Assembly (NCBI GenBank): GCA_041586955.1
Contig: JBFGZE010000005.1
Location: forward strand, 24,563-88,562
Direction of reading: 5' to 3'
DNA length: 64,000 nucleotides
Source of the DNA: Bacteriovoracaceae bacterium
Lineage (GTDB): Bacteria; Bdellovibrionota; Bacteriovoracia; Bacteriovoracales; Bacteriovoracaceae
In this document: in pieces, positions 10,297 to 19,872 of the stretch
Position numbering within the stretch: the first letter of the stretch is position 1
How the letters are laid out: each line of letters begins with the position of its first letter
Notes under the pieces: generated by a model
The model's database searches: none
Told to the model about the DNA's origin: nothing
What the model saw: the letters and a program-made list of their open reading frames with translations, nothing else
Position numbers and translations under genes: made by a program

Positions 10297-11766
10297 ATGA
10301 AAAAACACTCGAAAAAATTTCGTTTTTTTTCCATTAGGCGCAAGTTATTGTTCTTGATTGTGATAACTAGTGCTTGTATTACGACGGCCTTGACCGCCGT
10401 TACTTATTATATTGATTACCGTAATGAAGTTAAAAATCAAAATATCAACCTATCTCAAATTGAATCAACGACTGTTAAATCTCTGAATAAGGCCTTGTGG
10501 CATGTCGATGATGAATTGGTGGCAACCTTGATTAATGGCCTGCTTGAGGTGCAGGATATTGTCCATGTTGAGGCCCGTGATCAGCGGGGTCAATTAATTC
10601 ATTTGGCAGAAAAAAAATCAGATAAAGATGAAAAAGAAAAGGTGAATCAGTATTTACGCATTATTAATTATTCTTTAATTCATGCGACAAGCGGTGGTGA
10701 GGAACGACTGGGAACACTCTCTGTCCATATTACAAATTATTATCTTTACACTCGACTGCTCAAGCGAATAGTCATTTTCTTTATCGTCGAGGGGCTTAAG
10801 GTTCTCGTTATTTCTCTCATTATGTTCTTTATTTTTAATTTTTATGTCACTCGCCATTTACATCAAATATCCCGCCACTTTTTACCTAAGGACAATCAAG
10901 GCGATAGGGAGTTTTCTCCTTTTCAACTCAAGCGTGAGAGCAAGAAAAAAGAGGATGAGTTGGATATAGTCGTGAACACCTTTAATGAAATGGTCGAAGT
11001 GATCAATAGGAATTCAATACAGCTTAAAAAGGAAATAGAGGATAGAAATGAATTTTTGAGTCAGACCACTCACTTAATCGGTCTAGGAGAATTGGCCGGT
11101 AGTGTTGGTCACCAGATTAATGGCCCTCTTATGATGATTCATGGTTATGTCAAAAAAATTCAAAACTATAGTGTGACTAGAGAGGACCCGCAGGATAGGG
11201 AAGTTCTTATCGATGCCAGCAATAAAGTATTGGGGGCGGTTGATCGAATTACCAATGTCGCCAAAAGCTTGCGTCATTTAGCTCATCTTAATACCCGTGA
11301 AGAGATTAAATCACAAGAAATCGGTCTTTTAATGGAAGATGTTCGCGCCTTGGCCGAAGAAAAACTAAGCGGAAGCGATATCTCCTTTAGAGTTGAGTTT
11401 TATCATCTTGATGCATCTTTTTCATTTCCCTATCGTCGTACTCAAGTCGCTCAGATCTTAATTAACCTTTTTAATAATGCTTATTTTGAAGTTTCTAATT
11501 TAGAAAATTCCTGGATTCATTTTCAAGTGACGAAAGACGATAAATTCCTCTATCTCTCAGTGGTTGATTCGGGGAAGGGAATTCCTAGTGAATTCAAGGA
11601 CAAAATTTTTGATCCTTTTTTTACGACGAGGCCATCTGGAGCTAGGCGGGGTGTTGGTCTGAATTTGGCCAAAAATATTATGTCTCAGCATAATGGGGAA
11701 ATATATTTTGATGAAAGCAGTCCTCATACAAAAATTACCCTTAAGTTTCCTTTAGTTGTAAATTAA
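10297..11766 (+). CDS. Membrane sensor histidine kinase (2 TM, HAMP, HisKA, HATPase)
   Basis: Two TM segments; H-box GHQINGPL, NLFNNA, DSGKGI, FFTT, GVGL. Confidence 0.9.
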   Translation: MKKHSKKFRFFSIRRKLLFLIVITSACITTALTAVTYYIDYRNEVKNQNINLSQIESTTVKSLNKALWHVDDELVATLINGLLEVQDIVHVEARDQRGQLIHLAEKKSDKDEKEKVNQYLRIINYSLIHATSGGEERLGTLSVHITNYYLYTRLLKRIVIFFIVEGLKVLVISLIMFFIFNFYVTRHLHQISRHFLPKDNQGDREFSPFQLKRESKKKEDELDIVVNTFNEMVEVINRNSIQLKKEIEDRNEFLSQTTHLIGLGELAGSVGHQINGPLMMIHGYVKKIQNYSVTREDPQDREVLIDASNKVLGAVDRITNVAKSLRHLAHLNTREEIKSQEIGLLMEDVRALAEEKLSGSDISFRVEFYHLDASFSFPYRRTQVAQILINLFNNAYFEVSNLENSWIHFQVTKDDKFLYLSVVDSGKGIPSEFKDKIFDPFFTTRPSGARRGVGLNLAKNIMSQHNGEIYFDESSPHTKITLKFPLVVN

Positions 11767-11860
11767 TGAAATTTTTTAAGAATGAAATTTCCATCTTCTC
11801 ATTTGTCTAAAATATCTTTGACGGGCCCTTTGTGAAAGTCATAACATAAAAGTCGATTAT

Positions 11861-12706
11861 ATGGAGGTGATGATGCGCATACCTATGTCTATTTCATTTT
11901 TATTGATTCTCTTGTTTACGGGGAATACTTCCGCTGCTGTGAGTATGGTTAATGTCGATCAGGTAGACGTCGATGGGATTGCCAAAGAATTTTCAGCAAA
12001 TTTTCTCCATATTCCGGTGACTCCACCTCACCCTTTAGGCCAAATCTTTGGCCTTGAAATAGGAATCGTGGCCGGGATTACTAAATCACCTTATCTCAAT
12101 AACCTTATTCAAGAAGCGGATAATACTGCAAATGAACTTACCGATATTGCTCATGCTAATGTTTTAGGGAGTATTAGTTTACCCTATGGAATAACGGGAG
12201 AGCTTTTAATTTTGCCAGCTCTCAACGCCTCTGGTTTGAGTTTAAGCAATACTAGTTTTGGGTTTAAATGGACCTTTTCTGAATTGATGAAATCGCCGAT
12301 CGACTTGGCGATGAGGCTTCATTTGGCGACCAATGAAATTTCCTTTGAACAGACCATTAATAATTCTTCATCAGGAAATATACCTGTAAAAGCGGTCGTT
12401 GCCTGGGACACTCGCATTTATGGAATTGATTTTATGATTGGAAAAGATATGACTCTCATTGAACCATTTTTTGGGATGGGCTTTGCCAAATCTAAAACGG
12501 ATATCAGTATTGAGGCCTCGGGGACGGCCACTATTTTTGATAGCTCTCTAACAGTGAAGGACAATCAGGGAGCGGAATCCGATAATTCGTCGATCCATTT
12601 TTTTGCCGGAGTTCAATTAGATTTGCCACTCCTTAATATTGCCGCCCAGTACGACCGGGTTTTTGGTACGAATAGTTATACTGGTAAGTTCAGTCTGTCA
12701 TTTTAG
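11861..12706 (+). CDS. Putative outer-membrane beta-barrel protein (DUF6588-like)
   Basis: Signal peptide, amphipathic beta strands, C-terminal Phe. True start probably 11870 or 11873 after GGAGG. Confidence 0.55.
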   Translation: MEVMMRIPMSISFLLILLFTGNTSAAVSMVNVDQVDVDGIAKEFSANFLHIPVTPPHPLGQIFGLEIGIVAGITKSPYLNNLIQEADNTANELTDIAHANVLGSISLPYGITGELLILPALNASGLSLSNTSFGFKWTFSELMKSPIDLAMRLHLATNEISFEQTINNSSSGNIPVKAVVAWDTRIYGIDFMIGKDMTLIEPFFGMGFAKSKTDISIEASGTATIFDSSLTVKDNQGAESDNSSIHFFAGVQLDLPLLNIAAQYDRVFGTNSYTGKFSLSF

Positions 12707-12760
12707 ACAACGTTGTGGGTATCGCAGCGGAAAATTTGACAGACATGAATCTACCTTTTG

Positions 12761-13882
12761 TCACTTTGCGATTAGGTAATAAATTTGGCCTTGGGTGTTA
12801 AGAAAATTGGCCGCTAATTCACCTACTCGGCCAACGCCAAAGTAAAGATCGGCCCGTGCCTTTCCTTTAATCGCTCCTCCTGTATCTTGATCAAGAAAAA
12901 AACGAGAAAAGCGACGATAGTGGACACCTTTGCCAGTGCGATAAGGCTTTTTGGCCTCGACAAAGCTTAAGAGACCTTTTTGGCGGTAGAGGACTCTGTC
13001 TTGGGCCAGTGAACGCATATCGGTGAGTGGAATGTCATTTAGACCAACCGGCGGCGTTTTTGTGATTTTAAAGTAAACATAAGAGGGACAGCTGCCATAG
13101 ATCTCCTCCCAGAGTTGAGGGTTTTTACTTAGAAATTGACGTTGACCTTCAACATCGCCCTTTTTGATATAACCTTGATCTTTCATATAGCGGCTAATGA
13201 AGTTCCATCTCATTTTATTTGTACCAGCATAACTTAAATAAAAATTTGACCTTTGAGGATCGTCTTGAACTGTAACCATGCCACCGCCTTCTATGTGAAG
13301 CAAGTAAAGAGAAAAAAGGTCTTTGGCATAAAATAATTCTAGTTTTTGACCTTTTAATTTTTTTAAGAAGTCAATTTCGACACGACTGAACTTTGTCGCC
13401 TGCCCATTTTTGGGATAAGCATAGATAGGATAAGGATAGTTAGGGTGAGGTTTTTTCGTGACCATAAGGTTGGGGCTATAATAAGCGGTAAAATGCGCTT
13501 GGGGTTTTTCATCACTTTGGTAATCTGGGCGGTAGAGATTGAAGTTTGCCTTAATTTGGTTATTTAATTGAGTGAGGCATTCACTTTTTAAGTTTTGACA
13601 AGCATGATAATTGCTGATCATTTTTTTAAAAGTTAGAATTGTTTTTTTCAAATGAGATTTTTGATAAACCTTAGTTCCTAGACGTATTGTTCCTTTTAAA
13701 CCTGTTCGCTTAAACCCTGCGAGCTGTCGTTCAATCGCAACATCCAGGCCATGAAAGTCGTAATCATCTGTAAACTGAGGGAAGGTATATTGTCGCTTGG
13801 TGGGAGTAATATCGTTTTTGATTATTGCCTGTAGATTAATACAATTTGCTGCTATCAGTATAGCAAGTAAGATTTTCTTCAT
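12761..13882 (-). CDS. mltA: Lytic murein transglycosylase MltA
   Basis: FTAYYSP, LHIEGGG, PSYVYF and QDTGGAIKG..RADLYFG (3D domain). Start MKKILL after GGAGG. Confidence 0.9.
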   Translation of the reverse strand: MKKILLAILIAANCINLQAIIKNDITPTKRQYTFPQFTDDYDFHGLDVAIERQLAGFKRTGLKGTIRLGTKVYQKSHLKKTILTFKKMISNYHACQNLKSECLTQLNNQIKANFNLYRPDYQSDEKPQAHFTAYYSPNLMVTKKPHPNYPYPIYAYPKNGQATKFSRVEIDFLKKLKGQKLELFYAKDLFSLYLLHIEGGGMVTVQDDPQRSNFYLSYAGTNKMRWNFISRYMKDQGYIKKGDVEGQRQFLSKNPQLWEEIYGSCPSYVYFKITKTPPVGLNDIPLTDMRSLAQDRVLYRQKGLLSFVEAKKPYRTGKGVHYRRFSRFFLDQDTGGAIKGKARADLYFGVGRVGELAANFLNTQGQIYYLIAK

Positions 13883-14152
13883 TTGACCTCCAAAATTACA
13901 GTATAAAGGGAGAAATAGAAGAAAAAAAGACGAGCGAATTACTTTATAATTTTCAAGCCTAGGTTTTAAAAATAAACGGCTGAGAGCGAGCATAAGAGGC
14001 CATGTCAGTTGCAATTAAAGAGATCGACTCTAAGGCGCCCCCATAGATATACTGCTGTCCGATATTACTATAACTGATGGGTCTTCTCGCGTAAATGACG
14101 CAACCGTTTCACTTTATGATCAAAGTTCCAAAAACCTGCACTGCGGGGACCG

Positions 14153-15097
14153 TTATTGGTTCAAGTAGTCCTTAACAGAAGGGGATTCAGGGAATAGTAG
14201 GTGACTCGATTTATAGCTTATTATGGCGAGGGGGAGTGCTGAAAAAAGATCAAGGGAATAATGATAGCGTAATGCCAGGGTCGCTAAACAAATGGATAGC
14301 ATAATTAACACCATCATGAAGCGGTGAGGATGATTAATTTTAAAAAACCATATTGTGACTAAAGAGGCGATACCTAAATGTCCACTGGGATAACAATCAA
14401 TATAGGTCGAATGACTATCTTGTATCAGCTGATAAATGAATTGACCGATGAACCCAAAGGGAATAGGGCGAATAAATTGATCGGCCAAAAAATATTGCGG
14501 GCCTGTCACTGGCACAAAAAGATAAAGTAAATAATTGAAGGAATAAAAAATAATAAGGCTCGAGAAATATCGGCCCATTTTATATTTTTTGGAACTCGCC
14601 AGAATATGATAATAAACCCATGCGCCATAAAGAGGAATAAAGAAATAAAGGGCATAGTTGATAATGAGGTAATCATAGATGAAAGAACCCATAGTACCCA
14701 TTGGGCGTAAGACTTGATCAATCAACTCTGCTGCCTGTTGACCAAAAAGCCATTGATCAAAGGCGACAAAAAAAGTATCCAGCCGCGGTAATTGCCCAAA
14801 AAGTTGATCAATTCTACCTATTAAAAGGTAATTCCAAACAATGGTGAAAGCAATAACAATGACATTTAAAAGAGCAATAAACCATCCCGGTCTATTTCTA
14901 ATAATTTTCCATCTCAGGAAATAAAAGATAAGTCCTAAAAGAATGGGGATCACGCACATTTTATAGTAGCTACCAGTTTGAATATAGACGGCAAATAGCA
15001 AAAATAAATTAAGGCCAATCAGAAAGAGAATATTTCTCCCCATTCCGAAATCAAGGCGGGATCTCTCCCAGGATTTTTGGATTTGGTACTCAAACAT
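14153..15097 (-). CDS. PAP2-family membrane phosphotransferase (IPC synthase/AUR1-like)
   Basis: Multiple TM helices; PVTGP, DCYPSGH, RYHYSLD motifs. Confidence 0.8.
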   Translation of the reverse strand: MFEYQIQKSWERSRLDFGMGRNILFLIGLNLFLLFAVYIQTGSYYKMCVIPILLGLIFYFLRWKIIRNRPGWFIALLNVIVIAFTIVWNYLLIGRIDQLFGQLPRLDTFFVAFDQWLFGQQAAELIDQVLRPMGTMGSFIYDYLIINYALYFFIPLYGAWVYYHILASSKKYKMGRYFSSLIIFYSFNYLLYLFVPVTGPQYFLADQFIRPIPFGFIGQFIYQLIQDSHSTYIDCYPSGHLGIASLVTIWFFKINHPHRFMMVLIMLSICLATLALRYHYSLDLFSALPLAIISYKSSHLLFPESPSVKDYLNQ

Positions 15098-15118
15098 CCG
15101 CTCTATTTTAGCACAGTT

Positions 15119-15799
15119 TTATTTAATTAAAGAAATCATCTTTGAAGGGTAGTCACTGCCAAAATAATCAATTGGATATGAGCTTAATTGATTGAAAAGT
15201 ATTTCATCGTTAATATTCCACACGGTGACACAAAGGCCCTGATCCTTCACTTCCTGGCATAATTGGCGGTCAAGAGTGGCGACAGAGATGGAAAGGCCAT
15301 CGGCCTTGGCGCTATTAATTATTTCCACCGGATTGATGGGGAGCCCATAGAGCAAGATAAGGGTTTTTATCTCTGGGCATAATTCTTTAATTGTTAATAA
15401 AAACCGGTGATTAAAGGCGATAACATAAACTTGATCAACGAGATTAAAGTGTTTAATCGCTTGGATCACTAATTGCTCACAATGGTCGGCCTTAATTTCG
15501 ATCATAAGAACAATTGACGTATCTTTGAAGAGCTCTAAAACTTCAATCAATTCAGGGATACGCTCGCCATCTCCGGCATCCAATTGCTTTAATTCCTCCA
15601 TGGTGAAGTCTTTAACCTGGCCATGGCCATTTGTCGTGCGATCGAGGGTATGGTCGTGAATTACGGCCAGGCGGCCACAGCGCGTGCGGTGGACGTCAAT
15701 CTCAATCGCTTTAACACCAGCGTTGAGTGCCAATTGGATACCCTTAAGGGTATTTTCTGGTGCCTCTGATTTTGCGCCGCGATGTCCCATAACTTGCAT
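15119..15799 (-). CDS. Glycerophosphodiester phosphodiesterase
   Basis: GHRGA..APENT, EIDV, HDHTLDRTT, IEIK motifs. Confidence 0.92.
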   Translation of the reverse strand: MQVMGHRGAKSEAPENTLKGIQLALNAGVKAIEIDVHRTRCGRLAVIHDHTLDRTTNGHGQVKDFTMEELKQLDAGDGERIPELIEVLELFKDTSIVLMIEIKADHCEQLVIQAIKHFNLVDQVYVIAFNHRFLLTIKELCPEIKTLILLYGLPINPVEIINSAKADGLSISVATLDRQLCQEVKDQGLCVTVWNINDEILFNQLSSYPIDYFGSDYPSKMISLIK

Positions 15800-15907
15800 A
15801 AATAACTCCCTTATAGTCGTTACATCGTAGAGAAAAAAGAATTTTCTATCTATATAAAATAGGGTAATTCCATATAAATAACGAAAATTTTAGGCGGAGT
15901 TAGACCA

Positions 15908-16843
15908 TTGTTTTTTGAAGGTTCAGAAAAGAAAATTGAAATGATTTTTACGGCGAATAGCGGAAATCTTTTAGAAAGGCCCCATGAGTTCTGGGACGAA
16001 GTTGTTGATAAGTGTAATGCCTCAATTTTATCGATGGTGGAGAACGAGCATTGTAAGGCCTTTCTTCTCTCTGAGAGTAGTCTCTTTGTTTGGAAAGATA
16101 AGATCCTCATGCTGACTTGTGGACAAACCCGCTTGGCGGATTCGGTTCTTTATTTTTTAAAAGATTGTCCCGATTTACAAACCGATTTTCTTATTTATCA
16201 ACGTAAAAATGAATACCAATCTCAGCTTCAGCCTTCCTCGTTTATGGATGATGTTTATTTGATGAAGGAATTTGTACCAGGAAAGTCTTGGCGCTTTGGC
16301 CATATTCATGGCCATCATAATTTACTCTTTCATTTAGACCAACCCTACCAGGGGCCACAAGACGATTTTACGACAGAATTTCTTATTTATGATATTCACC
16401 GTGATGCCTCAGACATTCTGATAAAGGCCGGGCCATCAAAACAAGAAGTGCGAGATTATTTAAAGGTTGAAGAATATTTTCCCGATTTTGTGATTGATGA
16501 CTTTGGTTTTGAGCCCTTTGGTTATTCTCTTAACGCAATAAACGATGATCGTTACTTTACAATTCATATCACCCCTCAGGAAAATAGTTCATATATTAGC
16601 TTTGAAACAAATATAGAGCCTAATGAACAATTAAATCGCTATTTAAGGCAATTAACTGAATCTTTGAGGCCCTCCTCATTTGATTTAATGAGTTTTGATT
16701 CTCAATATGCCTTTCAATTTCAAGATGAATACCAGGTGATGAATCATACGCAAAAAAAGTTAAGCTCGAATTTACAGGTGGATTTTCGCTATTATTATAA
16801 AATTAATGAAACAATTGACGAGGCCTTTGAAATCAAAGGATAG
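15908..16843 (+). CDS. speD: S-adenosylmethionine decarboxylase proenzyme, eukaryote-like long form
   Basis: FEGSEKK, LSE|SSLFV pyruvoyl site, TCG, GYSLN, TIHITPQ; adjacent to speE. Confidence 0.92.
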   Translation: MFFEGSEKKIEMIFTANSGNLLERPHEFWDEVVDKCNASILSMVENEHCKAFLLSESSLFVWKDKILMLTCGQTRLADSVLYFLKDCPDLQTDFLIYQRKNEYQSQLQPSSFMDDVYLMKEFVPGKSWRFGHIHGHHNLLFHLDQPYQGPQDDFTTEFLIYDIHRDASDILIKAGPSKQEVRDYLKVEEYFPDFVIDDFGFEPFGYSLNAINDDRYFTIHITPQENSSYISFETNIEPNEQLNRYLRQLTESLRPSSFDLMSFDSQYAFQFQDEYQVMNHTQKKLSSNLQVDFRYYYKINETIDEAFEIKG

Positions 16844-17713
16844 GTGGTAATAATGAATTCAAATTTATGGATTGAAGAAAAATATAAGGATTTTTTGGGG
16901 ATACGTTTTAAAGTGGAAAAGGTTTTATTTTCCGGTAAAAGTCCTTTTCAGACCGTTGACGTGGTTGAAACCAAAGGACATGGCCGTATGCTTCTCAATG
17001 ATGGCCTGGTAATGGTGACTGAGCGTGATGAGTTTGTGTACCACGATATGATTTCCCATGTGCCTCTTTTTGTTCACCCCAATCCTAAGAATGTACTGAT
17101 TATCGGAGGAGGTGACGGCGGCACTGCGCGAGAAGTCCTAAGACACCCTTCTATTGAAAAATGTACGATGGTGGAAATTGATGAAATGGTTGTTAATGCT
17201 TGCCGTGAATTTATTCCACAAACGTCTAAAGATTTAGATCATCCAAAAATGAATTTAATTATCGGTGATGGCGTTCAATTTGTGAAGGACACAAAAGAAA
17301 AATACGATGTTATTCTGGTGGACTCAACTGACCCTATCGGTCCGGCCCAACCCTTATTTGGCACTGAGTTTTATAAAGACCTCTATAATTGTCTGAGTGA
17401 TGACGGAATTGTTGTGAGCCAGGGAGAGTCTCCCTTTTATGAAAGTGAAATGCAAAATAAATTACTTGAAATTTTAAATGGTCTTTTTAAAGTGGTTAGC
17501 ATTTATAATTTCTCTAATCTCACATATCCTGGTGGACTTTGGTCATTTACTTATGCGTCTAAAGGACTCCACCCAATCAATGACTTGAAGAGCGAGAAAG
17601 TGGCCGCGACGGGCCTTGAGTTTAGTTATTATAATGAGCAAATTCACCGAGGTGCCTTTGCTCTACCAGAGTTTATGAGAAAAAGGGTTCAACCCATGTT
17701 GAAAGAGTCATGA
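16844..17713 (+). CDS. speE: Spermidine synthase (polyamine aminopropyltransferase)
   Basis: LIIGGGDGG, VEIDE, VDSTDP motifs. Confidence 0.95.
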   Translation: MVIMNSNLWIEEKYKDFLGIRFKVEKVLFSGKSPFQTVDVVETKGHGRMLLNDGLVMVTERDEFVYHDMISHVPLFVHPNPKNVLIIGGGDGGTAREVLRHPSIEKCTMVEIDEMVVNACREFIPQTSKDLDHPKMNLIIGDGVQFVKDTKEKYDVILVDSTDPIGPAQPLFGTEFYKDLYNCLSDDGIVVSQGESPFYESEMQNKLLEILNGLFKVVSIYNFSNLTYPGGLWSFTYASKGLHPINDLKSEKVAATGLEFSYYNEQIHRGAFALPEFMRKRVQPMLKES

Positions 17714-18174
17714 ATTATTGGCTAATGAAATCCGAACCGGATACTTTTTCCCTTGAGCATCTAAAAAAAATGCCAAAAATGACCTCGCCTTGGGATGGTG
17801 TTCGCAATTACCAGGCCCGCAATTTTATGCGAGATGAAATGAGAAAAGGGGACTTAATTCTCTTTTATCACTCCAGTTGCCCTGTCCCTGGTTGTGCTGG
17901 TGTCGCCCAAGTCGTGCGCGAATCTTACCCTGATCCGAGCGCCTTTGATAAAAATTCCCCTTATTATGACCCCAAATCCAGTATGGATGCGCCGCGCTGG
18001 ATGATGGTGGATATTCAATACAAAAGCTCATTTAATCAAGTCATAAGTCTCAAGAGAATGAGGGAAGAACCAAAATTGGCACAAATGAAAATTCTCCAAA
18101 AAGGCTGCCGTTTGTCTATAACTCCTATTACAAAAAGTGAATTTGACTATATTTGCTCTATGGATCAAGCTTAA
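17710..18174 (+). CDS. EVE domain protein
   Basis: YWLMKSEP, WDGVRNYQARN, FYHS, RLSI motifs; ATGA overlap with speE. Confidence 0.93.
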   Translation: MNYWLMKSEPDTFSLEHLKKMPKMTSPWDGVRNYQARNFMRDEMRKGDLILFYHSSCPVPGCAGVAQVVRESYPDPSAFDKNSPYYDPKSSMDAPRWMMVDIQYKSSFNQVISLKRMREEPKLAQMKILQKGCRLSITPITKSEFDYICSMDQA

Positions 18175-18208
18175 GATAAGATTTCCTTTGTCATAAATGA
18201 GAGGCCTT

Positions 18209-18526
18209 ATGCTTTTGAGTACTTTAGAAGAAATACCTGGAAAAAATACCTTGTCCCATTTGGGTTTAGTGAGTGGTAGTACCATTCGCGCGAAGCATGT
18301 TGGTCGCGATTTGATGGCCTCGTTTAAAAATATTTTTGGTGGGGAATTAAAGGGCTATACTGAGTTATTAGAAGAGTCGCGCAGAGAGGCAATTGAGCGC
18401 CTAATCTCGCAAGGAAGAAGCCTAGGCGCTAATGCTATTGTTAATATTCGTTTTTCTACCAGTTCAATTGCGCAGGGAGCGGCCGAAATTTACGTTTACG
18501 GAACAGCATTAAAAGTTCAGGAGTAA
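18209..18526 (+). CDS. YbjQ/UPF0145 family protein
   Basis: GGELKGYTELL..SR, GANAIV, YGTA motifs. Confidence 0.9.
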   Translation: MLLSTLEEIPGKNTLSHLGLVSGSTIRAKHVGRDLMASFKNIFGGELKGYTELLEESRREAIERLISQGRSLGANAIVNIRFSTSSIAQGAAEIYVYGTALKVQE

Positions 18527-18528
18527 AT

Positions 18529-18984
18529 ATGGAAATATTAGCGCAAATTGCAGTCGTCCTGACTTTATTAATTGTTGGGTATTTAAAGGGGACTCGGGCA
18601 GAAAAGAAGCATTTGCGGAATATCCGTTGGCGGGAAAAGCGTCTCGTTCATTTAGTGCAATTGACAGATGGCCAATATCATAAAGGTGAATGGCAAGATT
18701 GCAAATTGGTCATCGGTCAAGTGGTTATCGCACAAGATTATTTTAAGCGCTTTCTCGCCGGTTTAAGAAATATTTTTGGTGGCCGTCTATCAAGTTATGA
18801 AACCTTAATGGACCGGGCACGGCGAGAAGCACTCCTTAAAATGAAAGAACAGGCGCATCATTTTGGTGCTAAGGCCATTGTCAGGGTTCGCTTGGAAACT
18901 TCTAATATCTCTAATACTAATTACGGAAAAGAAAAGCACTCTGGTGCTATGGAAGTCATGGCCTATGGCACGGCCGTGAAATGA
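18529..18984 (+). CDS. YbjQ family protein with N-terminal TM anchor
   Basis: FGGRLSSYETLMDRARREA and AYGTAVK motifs; N-terminal hydrophobic helix. Confidence 0.88.
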   Translation: MEILAQIAVVLTLLIVGYLKGTRAEKKHLRNIRWREKRLVHLVQLTDGQYHKGEWQDCKLVIGQVVIAQDYFKRFLAGLRNIFGGRLSSYETLMDRARREALLKMKEQAHHFGAKAIVRVRLETSNISNTNYGKEKHSGAMEVMAYGTAVK

Positions 18985-19778
18985 GCGGCCAATTTAAATT
19001 ACCAGATGATAATGTCAATTTGGGTGAGGCAACTCCTTGGCGCGATTTCTTGGCCTTAATGACCTATCTCTTTATTTCCTTATTTTTTTTACTAGCACTT
19101 CTTGAATTTTTAGGTCCCTATATTGTCCGCTATATTGATTTTAAAACCGAGGCAAGATTCTTTTCGATTTTTCGTTCACAGCAAACTGTCGCCATGGACG
19201 AGAGGCCAACTTACTTGAATGAATTGGTGACTAAAATCATTGCGCATCAAGATAAAATCCCTAAAGATTTTCCCTTTAACGTTAAAGTCATTTGCTCTGA
19301 TGGGCCTAATGCCTTTGCAGTTCCGGGCGGAGAGATTATTGTCACTTCGGCACTTTTGCAATCAATCAAAACGGAAAATGGCCTGGCTTTTGTTCTCGGC
19401 CACGAATTGGGGCATTTTTATTTACGCCACCACCTGCGGTCCCTGGGGAGAAACTTATTATTAACAATATTGAGTTCCTTTTTAGGTGGAAGTGAGATTT
19501 TTCATATCTCACAATTAATAAATGGTCATTATTCCCGAAAAGATGAGGCGCAGGCCGATCTATTTGCTGAAGGCCTTTTGATTTCTATCTATGGACATTC
19601 CTTGAAGGGTGAGGAGTTTTTTGATTATTTAATGACAAGGGAAAAAGTGGAATTGGCCTTTTTACAAAGGCACCCATTGACAGAAGAGAGGTTAAAGAAA
19701 TTAAAGACAGGGCAAAAGGTCTATAAGGGAGAAGGGTTGATTGCTCCTCTAAAAGATTTAAAAATTAATTGCCCTTAA
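18981..19778 (+). CDS. M48 family metallopeptidase
   Basis: NAFAVPGG, HELGH, YSRKDEAQAD, HP motifs. Confidence 0.9.
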   Translation: MSGQFKLPDDNVNLGEATPWRDFLALMTYLFISLFFLLALLEFLGPYIVRYIDFKTEARFFSIFRSQQTVAMDERPTYLNELVTKIIAHQDKIPKDFPFNVKVICSDGPNAFAVPGGEIIVTSALLQSIKTENGLAFVLGHELGHFYLRHHLRSLGRNLLLTILSSFLGGSEIFHISQLINGHYSRKDEAQADLFAEGLLISIYGHSLKGEEFFDYLMTREKVELAFLQRHPLTEERLKKLKTGQKVYKGEGLIAPLKDLKINCP

Positions 19779-19872
19779 AGGAAAGGTGGAGATAGTGGGG
19801 CAAATTTATTAAATCCAACAAAAATTAGTTTGAATTTGGGGATTTTTTGGAAAAAAGTTATGATGGTAGGTA

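Noticed and set aside
13883..14152. Possible ncRNA or frameshifted ORF between the PAP2 gene and mltA
   Set aside because: Only short hairpins and a short, weakly coding-like frame; no recognisable RNA motif.
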